Shown here: positions 35,696-49,560 of the stretch, in pieces
Position numbering within the stretch: the first letter of the stretch is position 1
How the letters are laid out: every line of letters begins with the position of its first letter
Source of the DNA: Convolutriloba macropyga
Lineage: Eukaryota
Length of the DNA stretch: 64,000 nucleotides
Direction: 5' to 3'
NCBI RefSeq assembly: GCF_964194025.1
Contig: NC_134471.1
Coordinates: 55,242,001-55,306,000 of the forward strand
The notes under the pieces: generated by a model
Database searches by the model: none
What the model was told of the DNA's origin: nothing
Seen by the model: the letters and a program-made list of their open reading frames with translations, nothing else
Translations under genes and position numbers: made by a program

Positions 35696-38600
35696 TCTCC
35701 CTTTTTAAGCAAGTTTGTAGGGACAGCTTCTCCAAGTCTTTCTGGTTAATTTCTGCTTGAAGTTTTCCTGAGCCCCTGAAGGATGTTTTCCTTAAGTTAC
35801 TCAAGTTTTCTCAGTGGAGTAGGGTGATGCCACGTCTATGATGTCGCTACTGCTCTCAAATTGCGCGTCAGTAGATTGTTGATCAGTAGATTGATTCAAT
35901 CTTGATGTCATCAGGTTCCAGCAGTGCATTTTGATTGTCACTTACAAACCCTGTCTCGTTTTTGTAATAAAGATAGCTGGAACTGTTGGTGATCTGCTCG
36001 TTGGTTTGAAGAAGACTTGTTCACACAGATCAAAATCAGTCACTGCTGGAAGTCTCACTTTCTGTCCTAGCAGAAGTTCCACAGTAGTTTTGTTCCACGT
36101 CTTTAAATTTTTCCAGTGTGTCATCAAAGCCCGCTGTAGGAAATCGCAAAATGACAATTTCAGATTTGAATTCAAGGCTTGAATAGTCGATTTCACTATT
36201 TGGACCGTTCTTGGATGGAAGATGGGTGACTCCATCTTTTAATCCCCGGTGACTCAGACCATTGTTTTAGGTCACCGTTTAGAAACTCGGGATCATTGTT
36301 TGATACTAGCGTTTTTGCTATCCCAAATCTTAAAAAAATTTGACTCATGTGAAAATTCACTGTTTGTAGAATCCTATTTTCCCGTAAGGAAGGCTCCTGT
36401 CCAGCCTGATCCCGCGTCTACTCTCATTAAGATATTACTTTGGCCCTTAACATAACCCCAATCCATGTGGAGTATTTCCCAAACTTCTGCTACTGGCCAT
36501 GTAGATACCGTTTTTCCAAGGCAAGTCATGTTTTCAAGGCATTTCGTACAATTACTATTATATCAAAGAACATCTTGACTGAAGCCGGGCCACCAAGCTA
36601 TTAATTGGACTGCTGTTTCAGTTGGATTTCTGCGTAGGTGTTTCTCATGAGCTTTGGCCATCACTTGTCTTAGTTTGTGGAACGCAGGGCAAAATTCTTC
36701 GAAATGTGATTCCGTTGTGGATAGTTAAGGCGTCTTTCTGTTGTTCTAAACCTTTCTCTGCTTCAGGCACTTTTTCCAGTTTCCACTTTTTATCTTTCTA
36801 ATGAAATTTTGATAGAGTCGATGCGATCCCAGTTCAGTTTTAATTTCTGCGTGCGTCAGGAGGTCAAATTGAACAAAATGGATATTGTCTGGAGCAAATA
36901 CTGACGCTGTTTTAGAAATTTCATTGGTGCAAAGAGATATTTGAGACGTTTGTGGTCAGTTTGAAGAGTGAGCCTCCTTCCAAGCAGTAGTTGTTTCAAG
37001 CTTGTGACCACAAAGACTATTGCAGGTGCATCTCGCTCAAAACTGGAATAATTTTGTTCGGCTTATGACAACTTCCATGAGATGTAGATCACGGGATGTC
37101 CTTCCCTTGTGAGTACTCAGCCTATTGGACTCTGCCTTATGTTTCCAAGTTTGCTTCTTTTTTTCTGTAAGTCTGAACAAGTGGGATAGCACATAACTTG
37201 TTTTTTAGGTTTTCGAAAGCGGTCTGCTGTTTTTTCCAATCTGAAGTCGTCTCTTTGAAGATAACATTTTTTTAGCATTTTTTTATCGTTCGTTCATAAA
37301 AATCTAACCTGACCGACAAAATAATCTATTAATTTCATATTTTATGGTGATTTTAGATTTCCGATTCTCTAAAAATTTTCGGGTGCTAATTTTTCCTGTG
37401 AAACTAAGTAACCAAGAAAACTAACGGGTTTTCGTTAGACTGGTTCGGAGGTGAATTTTTTTTCAATGTTGGTGAAATTCTTCTCAGGTAGTCAACTTTC
37501 AACCACAAGCGTTTGTTTTTTTTTATTGCTTTGTTATTGTTCCTTATACCAGCACATCATCTTGAAATATGACCACATCCCTGATTTCTTTGAGAGTTGA
37601 CTCGATGCAATTCTAAACGACCGATGAAGAGTTCTTCCAGCACTGAGGAAGACTACACATCTTGAACAATTCTTGCGATGTGGTGATTGTTCATATTTTT
37701 TGCATCCTAGTCGAAATCGACTTGATAATATGCGTCTGATAAGTCAATTTTGCCAAAATATGAGGTCCCATCTGGATTTTAAAATATGGTCTCTATGTCT
37801 GCGATTGAGTAGTCCTCTTCCACAGCTTTGCCGTTAATGTGAAGTTTCAAGTCCACGCCTAGTTTTCGAGCTCCAATTTTCTTTGGCTGCCAGCTACTGG
37901 GGATGCATTTGTGACCCCACCAGGTTGCACTGGCTCCATGGTGCCCTGTCGTTCCATTATCTTAAATTTTTCTTGGACCACGTTGTGTCGAGATATTTTT
38001 CTAGCCTTGCAGAATATTGGCTGTGATCACGGTTTGAAATTCAATTGCGCTTTTTATCCTTTAACTGCATGCTGTTTTTCATCAAACATTTTGTTGATGC
38101 CTTCTTCAGGCTTTATGTCTCTCCCATGTGGTCCAATTTTTTTTCGGATTGCACAATTGAAATTTGTTGTTGCCTATACTTAGTGATCCCAGAAGCATAA
38201 GTTCATGACTATCATAGGCCTAAACACGTCTGATTTTCCCATTTAACTGAAGTTGAACAATCTTAGTCTAGATGAATGATGACATCTCTGTACTACTGGT
38301 ATCCAATTGAATTTTTATTTTTTGGTCATTTACTGTAAGACAATTCAATATTGCTGACATGTTTCCCAGTGTATTGGTCGTCCTCGCAGAAGTTGTTCTG
38401 ATCCAACATACCTGACCAAGGATGGGTTTTATTTCTGCTTATTTTCGCAAAGTGCACCACTTTCACAGGTTGCACATTTCTGGTTCACAGCGGGACACAG
38501 CTTTCTACTGTTTGGCCTACCTCCACATCGGTTCAACAGGTGGTCATTGCCTTTACTACCAGTAAATTTTCACTCGGTTTTTGAAAGTCTCTTCAAAGTT

Positions 38601-39244
38601 CACTTGTTCCTTCACTATAACTGATTTGTTGTCGGTCGTTAATAAAATCGGAAAAGCCATGTTTTCTGAACTGTAGGCTTTCTAATTTTTTAAAAAAAGT
38701 CATCGTTGGTTTAGTTTTTATGCCTTCTAATAGTCATTATTATGTCTCATGGTCTCTCAAACTTGAGATATAACTTTTTACCACTTCCTACTCGTCAGTG
38801 TCTCCATGTCAGAAAAGCGGGTTTTGCACTTAGACTTGTTCGAAAATTATTATCAGATTCTCCCACGTCTTGGACAACGGACAGAAATTTAGTCATTTCT
38901 GCCACCATAGCTCTCTTTTTGGGGGTAATATGGTTTTGAAGTACTACTCTGATCTCCTTGAAAAGAGTTTTTAGTAGTTTTTTTTAGCCGTCATAAAGCT
39001 CCTAAGATTCTTAAGTGCGTCTTATCCGCAATTACTAAAAAACAGAGTAGTTACTTTTAGGTCCGAAATTGTACCGTCGGTGTTGAGTTTGTCTTTTTTC
39101 GCCCTAAGCGAGTTTGTCTACGTGACATTTCGCCCTAAGAGACATAATCCATGCTGCACATCATTCAGCTTTCTGCATTTGTAAAATTTGCCGATCGGTC
39201 GGTGGTCTAGACACCATTGTCGTGGTCTTGAGCGAACACGTCAT

Positions 39245-39493
39245 TGTTATCTACAGAAAGGATAATCGAGTTGATATATGGGCATCACTGATGGTGCGAA
39301 GGTCGAAATAATTTCTCAAATTTATGGTTGATGTATACTGATAAACTTGTGATGAACAAAATGGAAACAACGATTCGCTTCAATTTAGTAGCCATTGTTC
39401 AATAAAATTAATTCACCAACATCAGGTAAAAAATTTTGTTTATATCGAAGATTTAACTTGAATTCTAAGTTCTGATCTTTGCGATTTATCACA
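39245..39493 (-). repeat. 5' LTR of the Gypsy element
   Basis: TGTTATCT...TTATCACA; direct repeat of 35462-35695. Confidence 0.8.
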
Positions 39494-40370
39494 GTGGAAA
39501 CAAAAGGAGGACAGAGGAGAAGAGAGAAAAGCTTTTTGCAGCCCTATATTTGGCCTTTTCTTTTGGCTCCTGGTCATTGCCTCTTTTGGATGTTGCCACT
39601 TTTGGCTCTCGGCCAGTTTCCGAAAACAAATTTTTGTTCGCTTCAATTCGGTGCAAAAATTGTGTCTAACTCAAGATCGTGAATGTAGTTCACTTTGAAT
39701 TTTTGAGTTTGTAAATACATTACAACACCCAAGAAGCAAAATATATTATATCTTGTTCTTAACTGCTTTGATTTAGGCATACTGGCATCTTTTCAAACTC
39801 CTTGATCCGTTTCCGCTGGCCCCTCATCGGTCACAAAATCTAGACACACTTTAATTGTTTTTACGGGTTTATTCCCATGTCTTCAAATTTTCTTCATGGG
39901 TTTGACTTGAGGTATAGTGGTCTTTTGCAAAATTTCAATAAGGTTTCAAAACCGTGACCATGACAGAAAGTTATTTTCAACATGTTTCGCTGTTAAGGAC
40001 AGCTCTTTCCAATATTTGAATAAGCTATATTGGTTTTTTCAAAACGTCGAACACAAAAAAGAACTATTCACAAAGCTCAACACCTCCCTCCACCTTATGC
40101 GCCCTTAGTTACAGAGGACGTGCCATTATACTGGCCATTGCATAGATATATTGTTTGCTTATCTGCGTGTTTAAGAAATCCGTATATTCTCATACTCCTC
40201 TATCCCATTTTCATCTGTTACTTGACTACCCGCAGCGCTAATAAAAATTGCCGGTCCTCGTTGATCGAGAAATCCAGTCGTCTTCTCTCGTCTTCTTTTT
40301 TTTTTGTTCTTGGAGTTAACTTGACTTTTAGGTTCTCCATCTGGCTGTTGTTGTACAGCTGAAACCCCCC

Positions 40371-40586
40371 CCCAGGCTGAGGTTCCAGACGGAAGCAAGT
40401 ATGTCCAGACCGTCCCAGACGGAAAGTACCTATGTCCAGACCGTCCCAGACGGAAGTTGCCTATGTCCAGACTTTCGTGCTTTTTTTGATGCTTCCAGAC
40501 TATGTAATTTTGAACGCACGACGCCCCCCTCGTGCGTTCATCTTCGGTCTGGACATACTTGCTTCCGTCTGGGACCTCAAACTGGG
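40371..40586. mobile_element. MITE (216 bp) with ~40-bp TIRs starting CCCAG (CACTA/CMC-like termini) and three subterminal ~30-bp repeats
   Basis: CCCAGGCTGAGGTTCCAGACGGAAGCAAGTATGTCCAGACC ... GGTCTGGACATACTTGCTTCCGTCTGGGACCTCAAACTGGG. The empty site is visible at ~34865. Confidence 0.85.
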
Positions 40587-41074
40587 CTCAATTAAACTTA
40601 AAGATCTCTAGATCCTCAAGCCAAGACAACGTCGCCATGATCCAGGAACCTGTTTCTCTGTAAAATACAGACCTTCGCTCATCTCGTTTCAACCTTTGCA
40701 TGAAATCTTGCTTTTTAAAAACGGAGGCGAGCACAGAAAAGAAAAAAGTAAAACGGCAGATCAAGTAATTTAAATGGAACATTTGTAAAATGCAGTCAGA
40801 CAGGAGACCAGACCTAATTACATATGATAGTAAAAGACAGTAAAATCCGAAACCACGAGCATCCGAAAATCAGTGGAGGTGCCAAAATTAAAAATATATA
40901 TATATATGAAATGACTGGGGACTACAGTTGGAATGGGGAGAGGTCCAGGGGAAGGAAACAAGAAAGGAGAAATAGTCAAAGTTGCGATCAAACTCAAAGT
41001 CAAAGTTCAAAGCGAACTGTACAAAGTGCTGGAACAATTTCAAAAGGAAAAATATTGAATCAAATGCCGGAGAC

Positions 41075-42720
41075 ATGCTTCCTTATTCAAGGGAGATTCA
41101 TTTGGTCGCGACACTCAACAGGCCTCAAAGAAGTTGTTTAAGGGATTTGCCGAATAAATAAACGAGAACGCATGAATTCATATACGATAGAGTTATTGAT
41201 AGATTTGATGAAGACGAGCTCTTTGAAATCATATTAGGATTGCCTATGACAAAGACAAGACCTCTAACCGTGCGTTCGGCGGTTTTAGCTGCTTTTTGTC
41301 TGCCTCTTCGGTGCTTAGGAACTTGGACGGGATTCAACAGTTACCCATTTATCAGTTTGACGTGTGCCTTTTTTGGTTGCTCACTTTGTTTGCAAATATT
41401 TTGGGTTTTTGGTAGCAATCAATGTTTACATCATTTTAGAGGTAAAAAGTAAAAGTCAAAGAACTATCGACGTCGATTACATCATCGGGGCGTACCTAAC
41501 CTTCGGGGTTGGTTCATGTGCTAGCTCAACAATTGGCTGAGTTAGAAGACCTTCAGGCATTTTGACCTCACAGGATCTAGCAGTTTTGTCGATGAACTTC
41601 CTTGTCACTCGGGCCAAAGGCCACATTCCGAGTCGAATCCACTCTGCCAATATCCAGACGACATCGTTAACTTCCAACTTGACTTCGGGTCTTTTCATCT
41701 TTTTCTTGCCTTCAACGTTGCGGGAAGTACTCTCCAAGATCATTTAACAAATTGCTTCGAGTTATTGCCGTACTTGTGTTCAAATTGTGTCTGAAGGGAG
41801 GGGTTCTCTTTGAACATACCACCTGGAACTTTAGAAAAAGCTCTACCAATCAAAATATGGTCGGGTGAGAGGATCTTCGTCTTCCATGTTGCTTCTGACA
41901 TGTGTGCTTGGTCTTGTGTTGACTGAGCTTTTGCTTTCAGTAACTATGTACGAGAAAAATTCCCATGATTGCTTATCTGATCTCAGATTCAAGAGCTCGT
42001 TTCAAAATATGATTGGGTTTCTCCCACACCCCTCTTAAGAGAAGGAGCAGCAGGTTGTTCAAAAGTCATTCAGTTGATTGGTTTGGGAAGTTTCTTTCTG
42101 ATAGAGGCAAGGTCCAGATTGCGTCATTGCTTTGTTAATTTTGTCTGGCACCCAAAAAAATGCTGCCATTATCATTGAGGAAGAGTTCAGGTTGCCATGT
42201 CTGGCGATAAATCGTCAGATGTCTGTCGATCAAGATGTGAAATTCAGTCTGCTGTTATCTCCATATGCCTCCATATGCGTGCCTCCATATGCGTGCCATA
42301 ACTTCCATATGCGTGTCACTAAGAAGTTAAGGAAAACAGATAGAGGCATTTGTCCTCTTTATTGCGTTGAAAAATGGTGAATGGACCAATGTAGCCATTC
42401 CCAACATTCGTAAAGATTACTGGTGATTAGTTTTGTGGAATTATGATGTCGGGTAGGTCTGCCATCATAGGTCTGCTGTAGGTCTTTGAATTCTCTTCTA
42501 TCATAGCAGGTGTATGTATTACTGCGTAGTGCGTCTCGAAGTCCAAACGCTTAGAAGTTATGTTTTAATTAGTTCTGGACGTATTCAGCTCCAAAACATC
42601 TAGGTGGCATCCCTGTCCAAACTTCCGAACATTTCTATATCAGGACCAAGTCAGATGAAATGAACTAGCCACAAAACATTCATTTGCGCACAATACTGTA
42701 CCTAACGCAAGCACAAGTCT
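41075..42720 (-). mobile_element. BEL/Pao retrotransposon 3' fragment (integrase + C-terminal DUF5641-type domain), copy A
   Basis: MADLP...FTNVG..YIGPF (~42385-42470); VVWIL...WPLARV...ARSCEVK...QPIVEL (41477-41743). Confidence 0.8.
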
Positions 42721-42749
42721 TTTTACTTTTGAGATTGTTTTTTGACAAA

Positions 42750-43200
42750 AACCTCAAATTTCACTTTCTCTAAAACTAGACATATCAAGAGACTTTAAAC
42801 TGACTTGCAATTCCGAATTTTGTTTAGATCTTCACAACCTCCTAAAACCAACCAACAACATTTCTCTCCTACGAAAAAATTGCTTCAATCGAAGTTACAA
42901 TCACGGCTACAAAGCTTAGAAAGTAGTATTTGAGACAACAAAAAAAATTGCAACAAACATAAATTAGGTGAACCTCCAGAAATTGGCTGAGAAATCAACT
43001 GTAAAACCATCAAACTGAATTAGGCAAATCAAAGAAATTACAAGAGCTAAGATATGGTCTATACACTGTGACAAACAGGATAACCAATATAGTTTATGGT
43101 GTAAATTTAGATAGAAACAATGCTATGAAGAGGGTAGCCCAACAAAACATCTATTTCAACATTGCCTTACTCAGAAAACAGTTCCATAATTTAGCATAGA
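42750..43200 (+). pseudogene. Ty3/Gypsy integrase C-terminal (GPY/F, SH3-like) fragment, copy A
   Basis: KSKKLQELRYGLYTVTNRITNIVYGVNL...VAQQN fits SxKLxxxxxGPYxV...Y...VHxN. Confidence 0.6.
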
Positions 43201-43753
43201 ATATGAAATCGACATAGTAGTAGTTCAAACACTTTTCACAAAAATTTTTGTCCGGCCAGATAAAAAAACTAAACAACCCTCTGACTACTTTTTCCTGTCA
43301 AAATGCATGTACCACTGAAAACCTCACAGTAGAACAATTAGTACAGAATTCTGAAGGAGTTTAGAAGGAAAATAATTAAATAAAACCCCAAATAACACTG
43401 ATTCATATTTCAAGGGAAAAAGCCGAAGTGACTCCTACCGAAATTCAGGAGGTGTGAATGAAATTTTATCCCGCACGTCAAATCTTCTTCATTAGTCCCA
43501 ATCTAGAAAACCACCCTCCCGAGACCCTTAGTCCGACTAAACAAACCCAAGCAAAGCGCAACAGAGAAACCAAAGGAGCAGCTCAGGAAAGCGTAACGAA
43601 ATAAGCAAAGTACGTAAAAATATGCACAAAATTTTGGCGATGTAGCAAATTTACTACAAAACGACGAAGACCTCAATAATGCTTGAAACACAAGAATATA
43701 AATGATGTTCACGGAATATTTTCAAAAACAAAATTGAATCTAATGCCGGAGAC

Positions 43754-45330
43754 ATGCCTCCTTATTCAAGGGAGATTCATTCGGACGCGACACTCAACAG
43801 GCCTCAAAGAAGCTGTTTAAGGGATTTGCCGAATAAACAAACGAGAACGCATGAATTACTATACGATAGAGCCATTGATAGATTTGATCAAGACGAGCTC
43901 TTTGAAATCATATTTGGGTTGCCTATGACAAAGACGAGATCTCTAAGCAAGCGTTCGGCCGGGTTATCAGCTTTTCGTCTGCCTCTTCTGTGCTTAGAAA
44001 CTTGGACAAGATTCAACAGTTGTTCTATTATCAGTTTGAAATGTGCCTTTTTTGGTTGCTCGCTTCCTGCTGCCAATTTTTTGGTTTTTGGTAGCAATCA
44101 GAGTTCACATCATTTTAGTGGTGAAATTATAGGTCAAAGAAATGCCGATGTCTCTAACATTATCGGGCCTACCAAGCCTTCGGAATCGGTTTTGGAGAAG
44201 CGTGTGCTAGCATAACAGCTGTTTGAACTAGACGACCTATGGTGGTTTTGACTTCACAGGATCCAGCATTTTTGTCGGGTCCGGTGAAAGTCCTTGTCAA
44301 TTGGCCCAAAGACTATATTCCGACTTAAGTCCACTCTCACAATATCCATTCGATATCGTTAACTTTCAAATTTGACTTCGGGTCTGTTCATCTTTTTCTT
44401 GCAATCAACATTGGGAAGTAGTCTCCAAATACATTTTAAAAAATGCTTCAAGTAATTGTCGTACTTGTGTTCAATTTTTTGTCCGAATGGAGAGGTTCTT
44501 TTTGAACATTTAATTGGAACATTAGCAAAAGCTCTTACAATAAAAAAATTTGTCCGGTGAGAGAATATTTGTCTTCAAAGTTGTTTCTGACATCTGTGCT
44601 TGGTCTTGTGTCGCCTGAATTTTTGCTTTCAGTAACTATGTTGAAGGAAATTTCCTATGTCCGCTTATCTGATCTCACAGATTCGAGAATTCGTTTCAAC
44701 ATCTGATTGAGTTTCTCCCACATCTCATTGAAGTTGACTGCTTTAGAAGTTTATTTCTAATAGAGGCAAGGTCCAGCTTGAGCCATTGCTTTGCTGTTTT
44801 TTTCTGGCTACCACAAAGTTACTGCCGTTTTCATTGAGAAAGAGTTCAGGTTGCCATGTCTGGCGATAAATCTTTAGATGTCTGTCAACCAAGATGTGAA
44901 AGTTAAGTCTGCTGTTACCTCCATATGCACATTGTGCCACTAAGCAATTGAAATGACAGATAATTACTTTTTTCTTCTTCATTGCGTTGAAAAAATGTGA
45001 ATGCACACAAGTAGCCATTTCCAACATTCGTGATGATTACTGGTGATTCGTTATGTGTAAGTTTGATGTCGGGTAAGCCTGCCATAGGCTGTTGGCCTCT
45101 GAATTGTCTGCTATCACAGCAGGTGTATGTTTTACTGCGTAGTGCGTCTCGAAATCCGAACGCTTAGAAGTTATGTTTCAATTGGTTCTGGACGAATTCA
45201 GTTCCAAAACATCTAGGTGACATCTAGGTTAAAACTCGCAAATTTCTATATCAGGCCCAAGTCCGATGGCATGAATTAGCCCCAAAACTTGCATTTGCGC
45301 TCAATACTGAATCTAACGCAAACAAAGGTG
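43754..45330 (-). mobile_element. BEL/Pao retrotransposon 3' fragment, copy B
   Basis: Colinear duplicate of 41075-42720 (offset ~2.6-2.7 kb). Purine tract AAGGAGGCA followed by TGT (LTR start) at ~43754 on the minus strand. Confidence 0.8.
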
Positions 45331-45339
45331 TTTCTGTTT

Positions 45340-45780
45340 TTGTTTAAATCGTCCACTGCAAAGACACACATTATAAACATTTAAAAACAATGAAATAGAC
45401 AACCTGCCAAAACCATTCATTGGCAATTCTCTCCTACAACGAAAAAATTGCTTCAAACAAAGTTACAACAACGCCTGCATAAAAAACTTAGAAAAGAATA
45501 TTTGAGATCACAACAATTGTAACAAACATAAATTAGGTGAACCTCTAGAAATTGGTTGAAGATTTCCACTGGAAAATCATCAAATTGAATTAGGCAAATC
45601 AAAGAAATTATAGTAGTTAAGATCTGGATTATACACAGTAGCAAACAAGATTATCAATATAGTTTATTATGTAAGTTTAGATAGAAACAATGCTGTGAAG
45701 AATGTAGCGCAACAAAACATCTAATTGAACATTACCCTGCTCAGGAAACAGTTCCATAGTTTACGATAGAACATAGTAGT
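45340..45780 (+). pseudogene. Ty3/Gypsy integrase C-terminal fragment, copy B, upstream of env
   Basis: LGEPLEIG..LENHQIELGKSKKL..LRSGLYTVANKIINIVYYVSL...NxLIEHYP. Confidence 0.6.
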
Positions 45781-46597
45781 AGTTCCAATAGTAGTAGTTC
45801 AAACACTTTTCACAAAAATTTTTGTCCGGCCAGATAAAAAAACTAAACAGCCCTCTAGCTGCTTTTTCTGTCAAAATCCATGTACCACTGAATACCTCCC
45901 AGTTGAACACGTAGTACAAAATTTTGAAAGTTCATAGAAAAAAAAATTAGATAAAACCTGATTTATCACTGACTCAGTTTTCAAGGGAAAAGACCCAAGT
46001 GACTCTTACCAAAATTCAGGAGATGTGAATGAAATTTGTTCCCGCAATTAAAATCCTATACATCAATCCCAATCTAGACAACCACACTACCGTGACCCCT
46101 AGTTCAATTAAACGACCCCAACCAAGTGATAACCAAAATCCCCATTGTACACAAGTGTACTGGCCTCATAAAATTGGAAAGAAAATAAAATCAACACATA
46201 TACTATATCTTCTAATTATTCAAAAAAATTCGCCAACAGTCTAGCTTTACCTATTTAGCTCTACCAAAATTTAGCTCTACCTTATTAACTCTTCTTAGAG
46301 ACTTAGCATCGCACCAATGCTTCACGTAACAGAAAAGACCTGTCGGTTGTAATATGAAACCAAGAATTAGCCAAAATCCCCAACATCAACAAGGACACGC
46401 TCCTCAAAATAATCAAACAAAAGTTAATACGAACACCAATGTTAGTTCCTCTAATCGCTCAAAGAAGCCTCTTCCCGCTATCAGGCCGGATTTACGTTAA
46501 TTTTAGGCTCCAATAAAAGCAAACAGTATTACCTGACGTAACTATCTTGAACAAACTTATGAATCCAATTCCGACTCAGATAGCTGACAAAAACATA

Positions 46598-47770
46598 ATG
46601 AACAGAAATCCTTAATAGAATAAGTATAAAAAATTTAAATTGTATTTCTTTCGTTGTCACTATTTTTGTTAAATTTTTGTAATACACAATAAAGCTAATA
46701 GAATTCATTCTGATAATTTGAATGATGTTTCTGATAAGTTTCGAGTTATTCACTAAGTACGCTCACAAACTTGTGAAAATAACTTTTATGCCTCTAGTAA
46801 AATAACGCTCAGTAAACATACATCCGAAAACATTCAAATGGTACATAGTGAAAACACTCGTTAACAATTGTCTGACCGCAGATTTGTTGAATTACCAATG
46901 TGCAAAGCAAAGGTGGTAGTTTTGCGTAACAATTTTAATTTACGGTTAAAATCTTTTATTTTACGCAATGTTCCCATAAATACGTACGTTATAATCATTA
47001 CTCCTGACAAATATTGGCAATCTAACAAAATTGGAAAACAGATAAAATAGCTGATATTAGTAATGAAATAGATGCTCATAACAAAAATGGAGTAACCAAA
47101 GTGAACTACCATAAAAGAGAGAAAACTGGAAAAAACTCTACTTTGTGAGATGATCGTGGACAAAAAAATACTCTTTTGGAAAATTGACGCAACAAAAAAT
47201 TCTAGAAATTTACATTAAAGAATCGTTTACAACAGTCACGGACATAGTTTTCCTTGTGCTTTATCAGAACGTTGTTGTTCTTCAACATTGCTCGACCCCT
47301 TTGCTTTTATTTGCGAAGCACTTGAAAGTTGTATAGTTACCAAAAAGGCTTTCACTTTTTCACAAAACGCTAATATGCTAAAATATAAAAACGAATCTGG
47401 TAATGTACACTGTTTCATAGTGAGTGATGAAAAACTGGAGACGCCATATGAGGGTCTTGAAACGTTTTCTGCCGATATAATATATATCCAAAATAGATTA
47501 TTTGATGAGAAAAGGTGCAAGGAAAACCGGAATTTTTTTATAGAACTAAAATAGATCTTTTTAAAACTTTCTTATACTGGTTGAGTTATAACAAAAACTG
47601 GTGTCCAAATGAAAAAAAATGCACAACAGTTCTTTCAAACACTTTGCGTTGAACATGACAATAGCCTAAGTGTTTATGAATTCAAACGAAGGCCGTGTGC
47701 TGATCAAGACAATTCAGCCGCCTATAATGTTTTCCAACACGGAAACTATGTAGTAAAAGATAAATCGCAA
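46598..47770 (+). pseudogene. env-like class III (chuvirus-like) glycoprotein, N-terminal half, copy 1
   Basis: ATGAACAGAAAT start, hydrophobic leader, FVELPMCKAK, YVIIITPD, FPCALSER.CSSTLLDPFAFICEALESCIVTK, YTG. Confidence 0.7.
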
Positions 47771-48378
47771 TCAAGGGAAAAGGTCCCAGTGGTTCTTACC
47801 GAAAATTAGGAGATGTGAAAGAAAATTGTTCCCGCACTTCAAATCCTATACATCAATCCCAATCTAGACAACCACATTACCGTGACCCTCAGTTCCATTC
47901 AACGACGTCAACCGGGTGATAACCAAAATCCCCAACGTCCACAAGGGTATGGTCCACAAAAATTTCAAAAAGAAAAACCAATCAACGCAAACATTATATT
48001 TGCTAATCACTCTAAAAATTCCTCCCCGCTATCAGTCTGGCTTTACTTATTTAGCTCTATCAAAATTTAATTACCTTAAGATTTAGCATCGCAACATTGC
48101 TTCACATAACAGAAACAACTTGTCGGTCAAACGATGGAACCAAAAATTAACCGAAATCCCCAACATACATAAGGCCACGCTACTCAAAATAATCAAACAA
48201 AAGTTAATACGAACACAAATGTTAGTTCTTCTAATTGCTCAAAAAAACCTCTTCCCACTATCAGCCCGGCTTTACTTTAAATTTAGGCACCGATAAAACC
48301 AAACAGTCCTACCTGACGTAACTATCGCTAAATAAATTTATGACATCATTTCCAGTTAAGGTAGCTGACGAATAGAGG

Positions 48379-49560
48379 ATGAACAGAAATCCTTAACAGA
48401 ATAAGTATCAAAAAATTCAAATTGTATTTCTTTCGTTTTCATGTTTTTTGTTAAACTTTTGTATCACAAACTAAAGCTAACAGTATTCCCTCTGATAATT
48501 TAAATGATGTTTCTGATAATTTGCGAGTTATTCACTGAGTACGCTCACAAACTTGTGAAAATAACTTGTATGCTTCAAGTAAAATAACGCCCGGTAAAAT
48601 TACATCCGAAAACATTCAAATGCTAGATACTAAAGTTAGTCAATACCAATTGTCTTACAGCACATTTGTTGAAATACCAATGTGCAAAGCAAGGGCGACG
48701 GTGGTTTTGCGTAACAATTTAATTATATGGTCAAAATATTTTATCGTACATAATGTTCCCATAAAAACGTACGATGTAATCATTACTCCAGATAATATTC
48801 GCAAGCCCTCAAAATCGGAAAATAATAAAATAACTGAGTTTGGTAATGAAGTAGATGTTCATTTCAAAAATGGAGCAACCAAAGAGAACTATCATAAAAG
48901 AGGCAAAATTGTATAAAACTTCCCCTACCATGTGAGATGATCGTGGACAAAAAAACACTACTCTTTTGAGACATTGATGCAACAATAAATTTTTCTAGAA
49001 ATTTATGTTAAAGAATCATTTACAACATTCATGGACATAGTTTTCCTTGTGCTTTATCAGAACGTGGTTGTTCTTCAACATTGCTCGACCCCTTTGCTTA
49101 TATTTGGGAAGCACTTGAAAATTGTATAGTTACCAAAAGGCTTTCACATTTTCGCAAAACGCTAATATGCTAAAATAAGAAAACTAATCTGGTAATGTAC
49201 ACTGTTTCATAGTGAGTGATGAAAAACCGGAGACGCCATATGAGGGTCTTGAAACGTTTTCTGCCGATAAAATATATATCCAAAATAGATTATTCGATGA
49301 GAAAAGGTGCAAGGAAAACCTGAATTTCTTTATAGAACCAATTTAGATTTTTATACGTTTATACTGGTGGATTTATAAAAAAAAGCCGGCTTAGCAAATG
49401 AAAAAAAAACGCTCAACAGTTCTTTCAAACATTTTCTGTTGAACATGACAATAGCTTAAGGGTTTATGAATTCAATCGAAGGCCGTATGCTGCTCAAGAC
49501 AATTCAGCCACCTATAACGTTTTCCAACACAGAAAACATGTAGTAAAATATAAACTGGAT
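48379..49560 (+). pseudogene. env-like glycoprotein, N-terminal half, copy 2
   Basis: Tandem copy at ~1.78-kb period; FPCALSERGCSSTLLDPFAYIWEALENCIVTK. Confidence 0.7.

Larger units (their letters stand above)
35462..39493 (-). mobile_element. Decayed Ty3/Gypsy LTR retrotransposon (Mag-like) with both LTRs
   Basis: Gag knuckle RCGG..CPA..KCATC..GHFA (~38450-38535), protease QLDTS (~38300), RT YFGKIDLSDAYYQ and IFQDDVL (~37550-37760), RNaseH LQTDHK (~36960), integrase WWPGF and LHMDW (~36460-36600). Polypurine tract at 35696-35706. Confidence 0.88.

Noticed and set aside
40380-40470. ~30-bp repeats resembling a CRISPR array
   Set aside because: No unique spacers and no cas genes; these are MITE subterminal repeats in a eukaryotic context.
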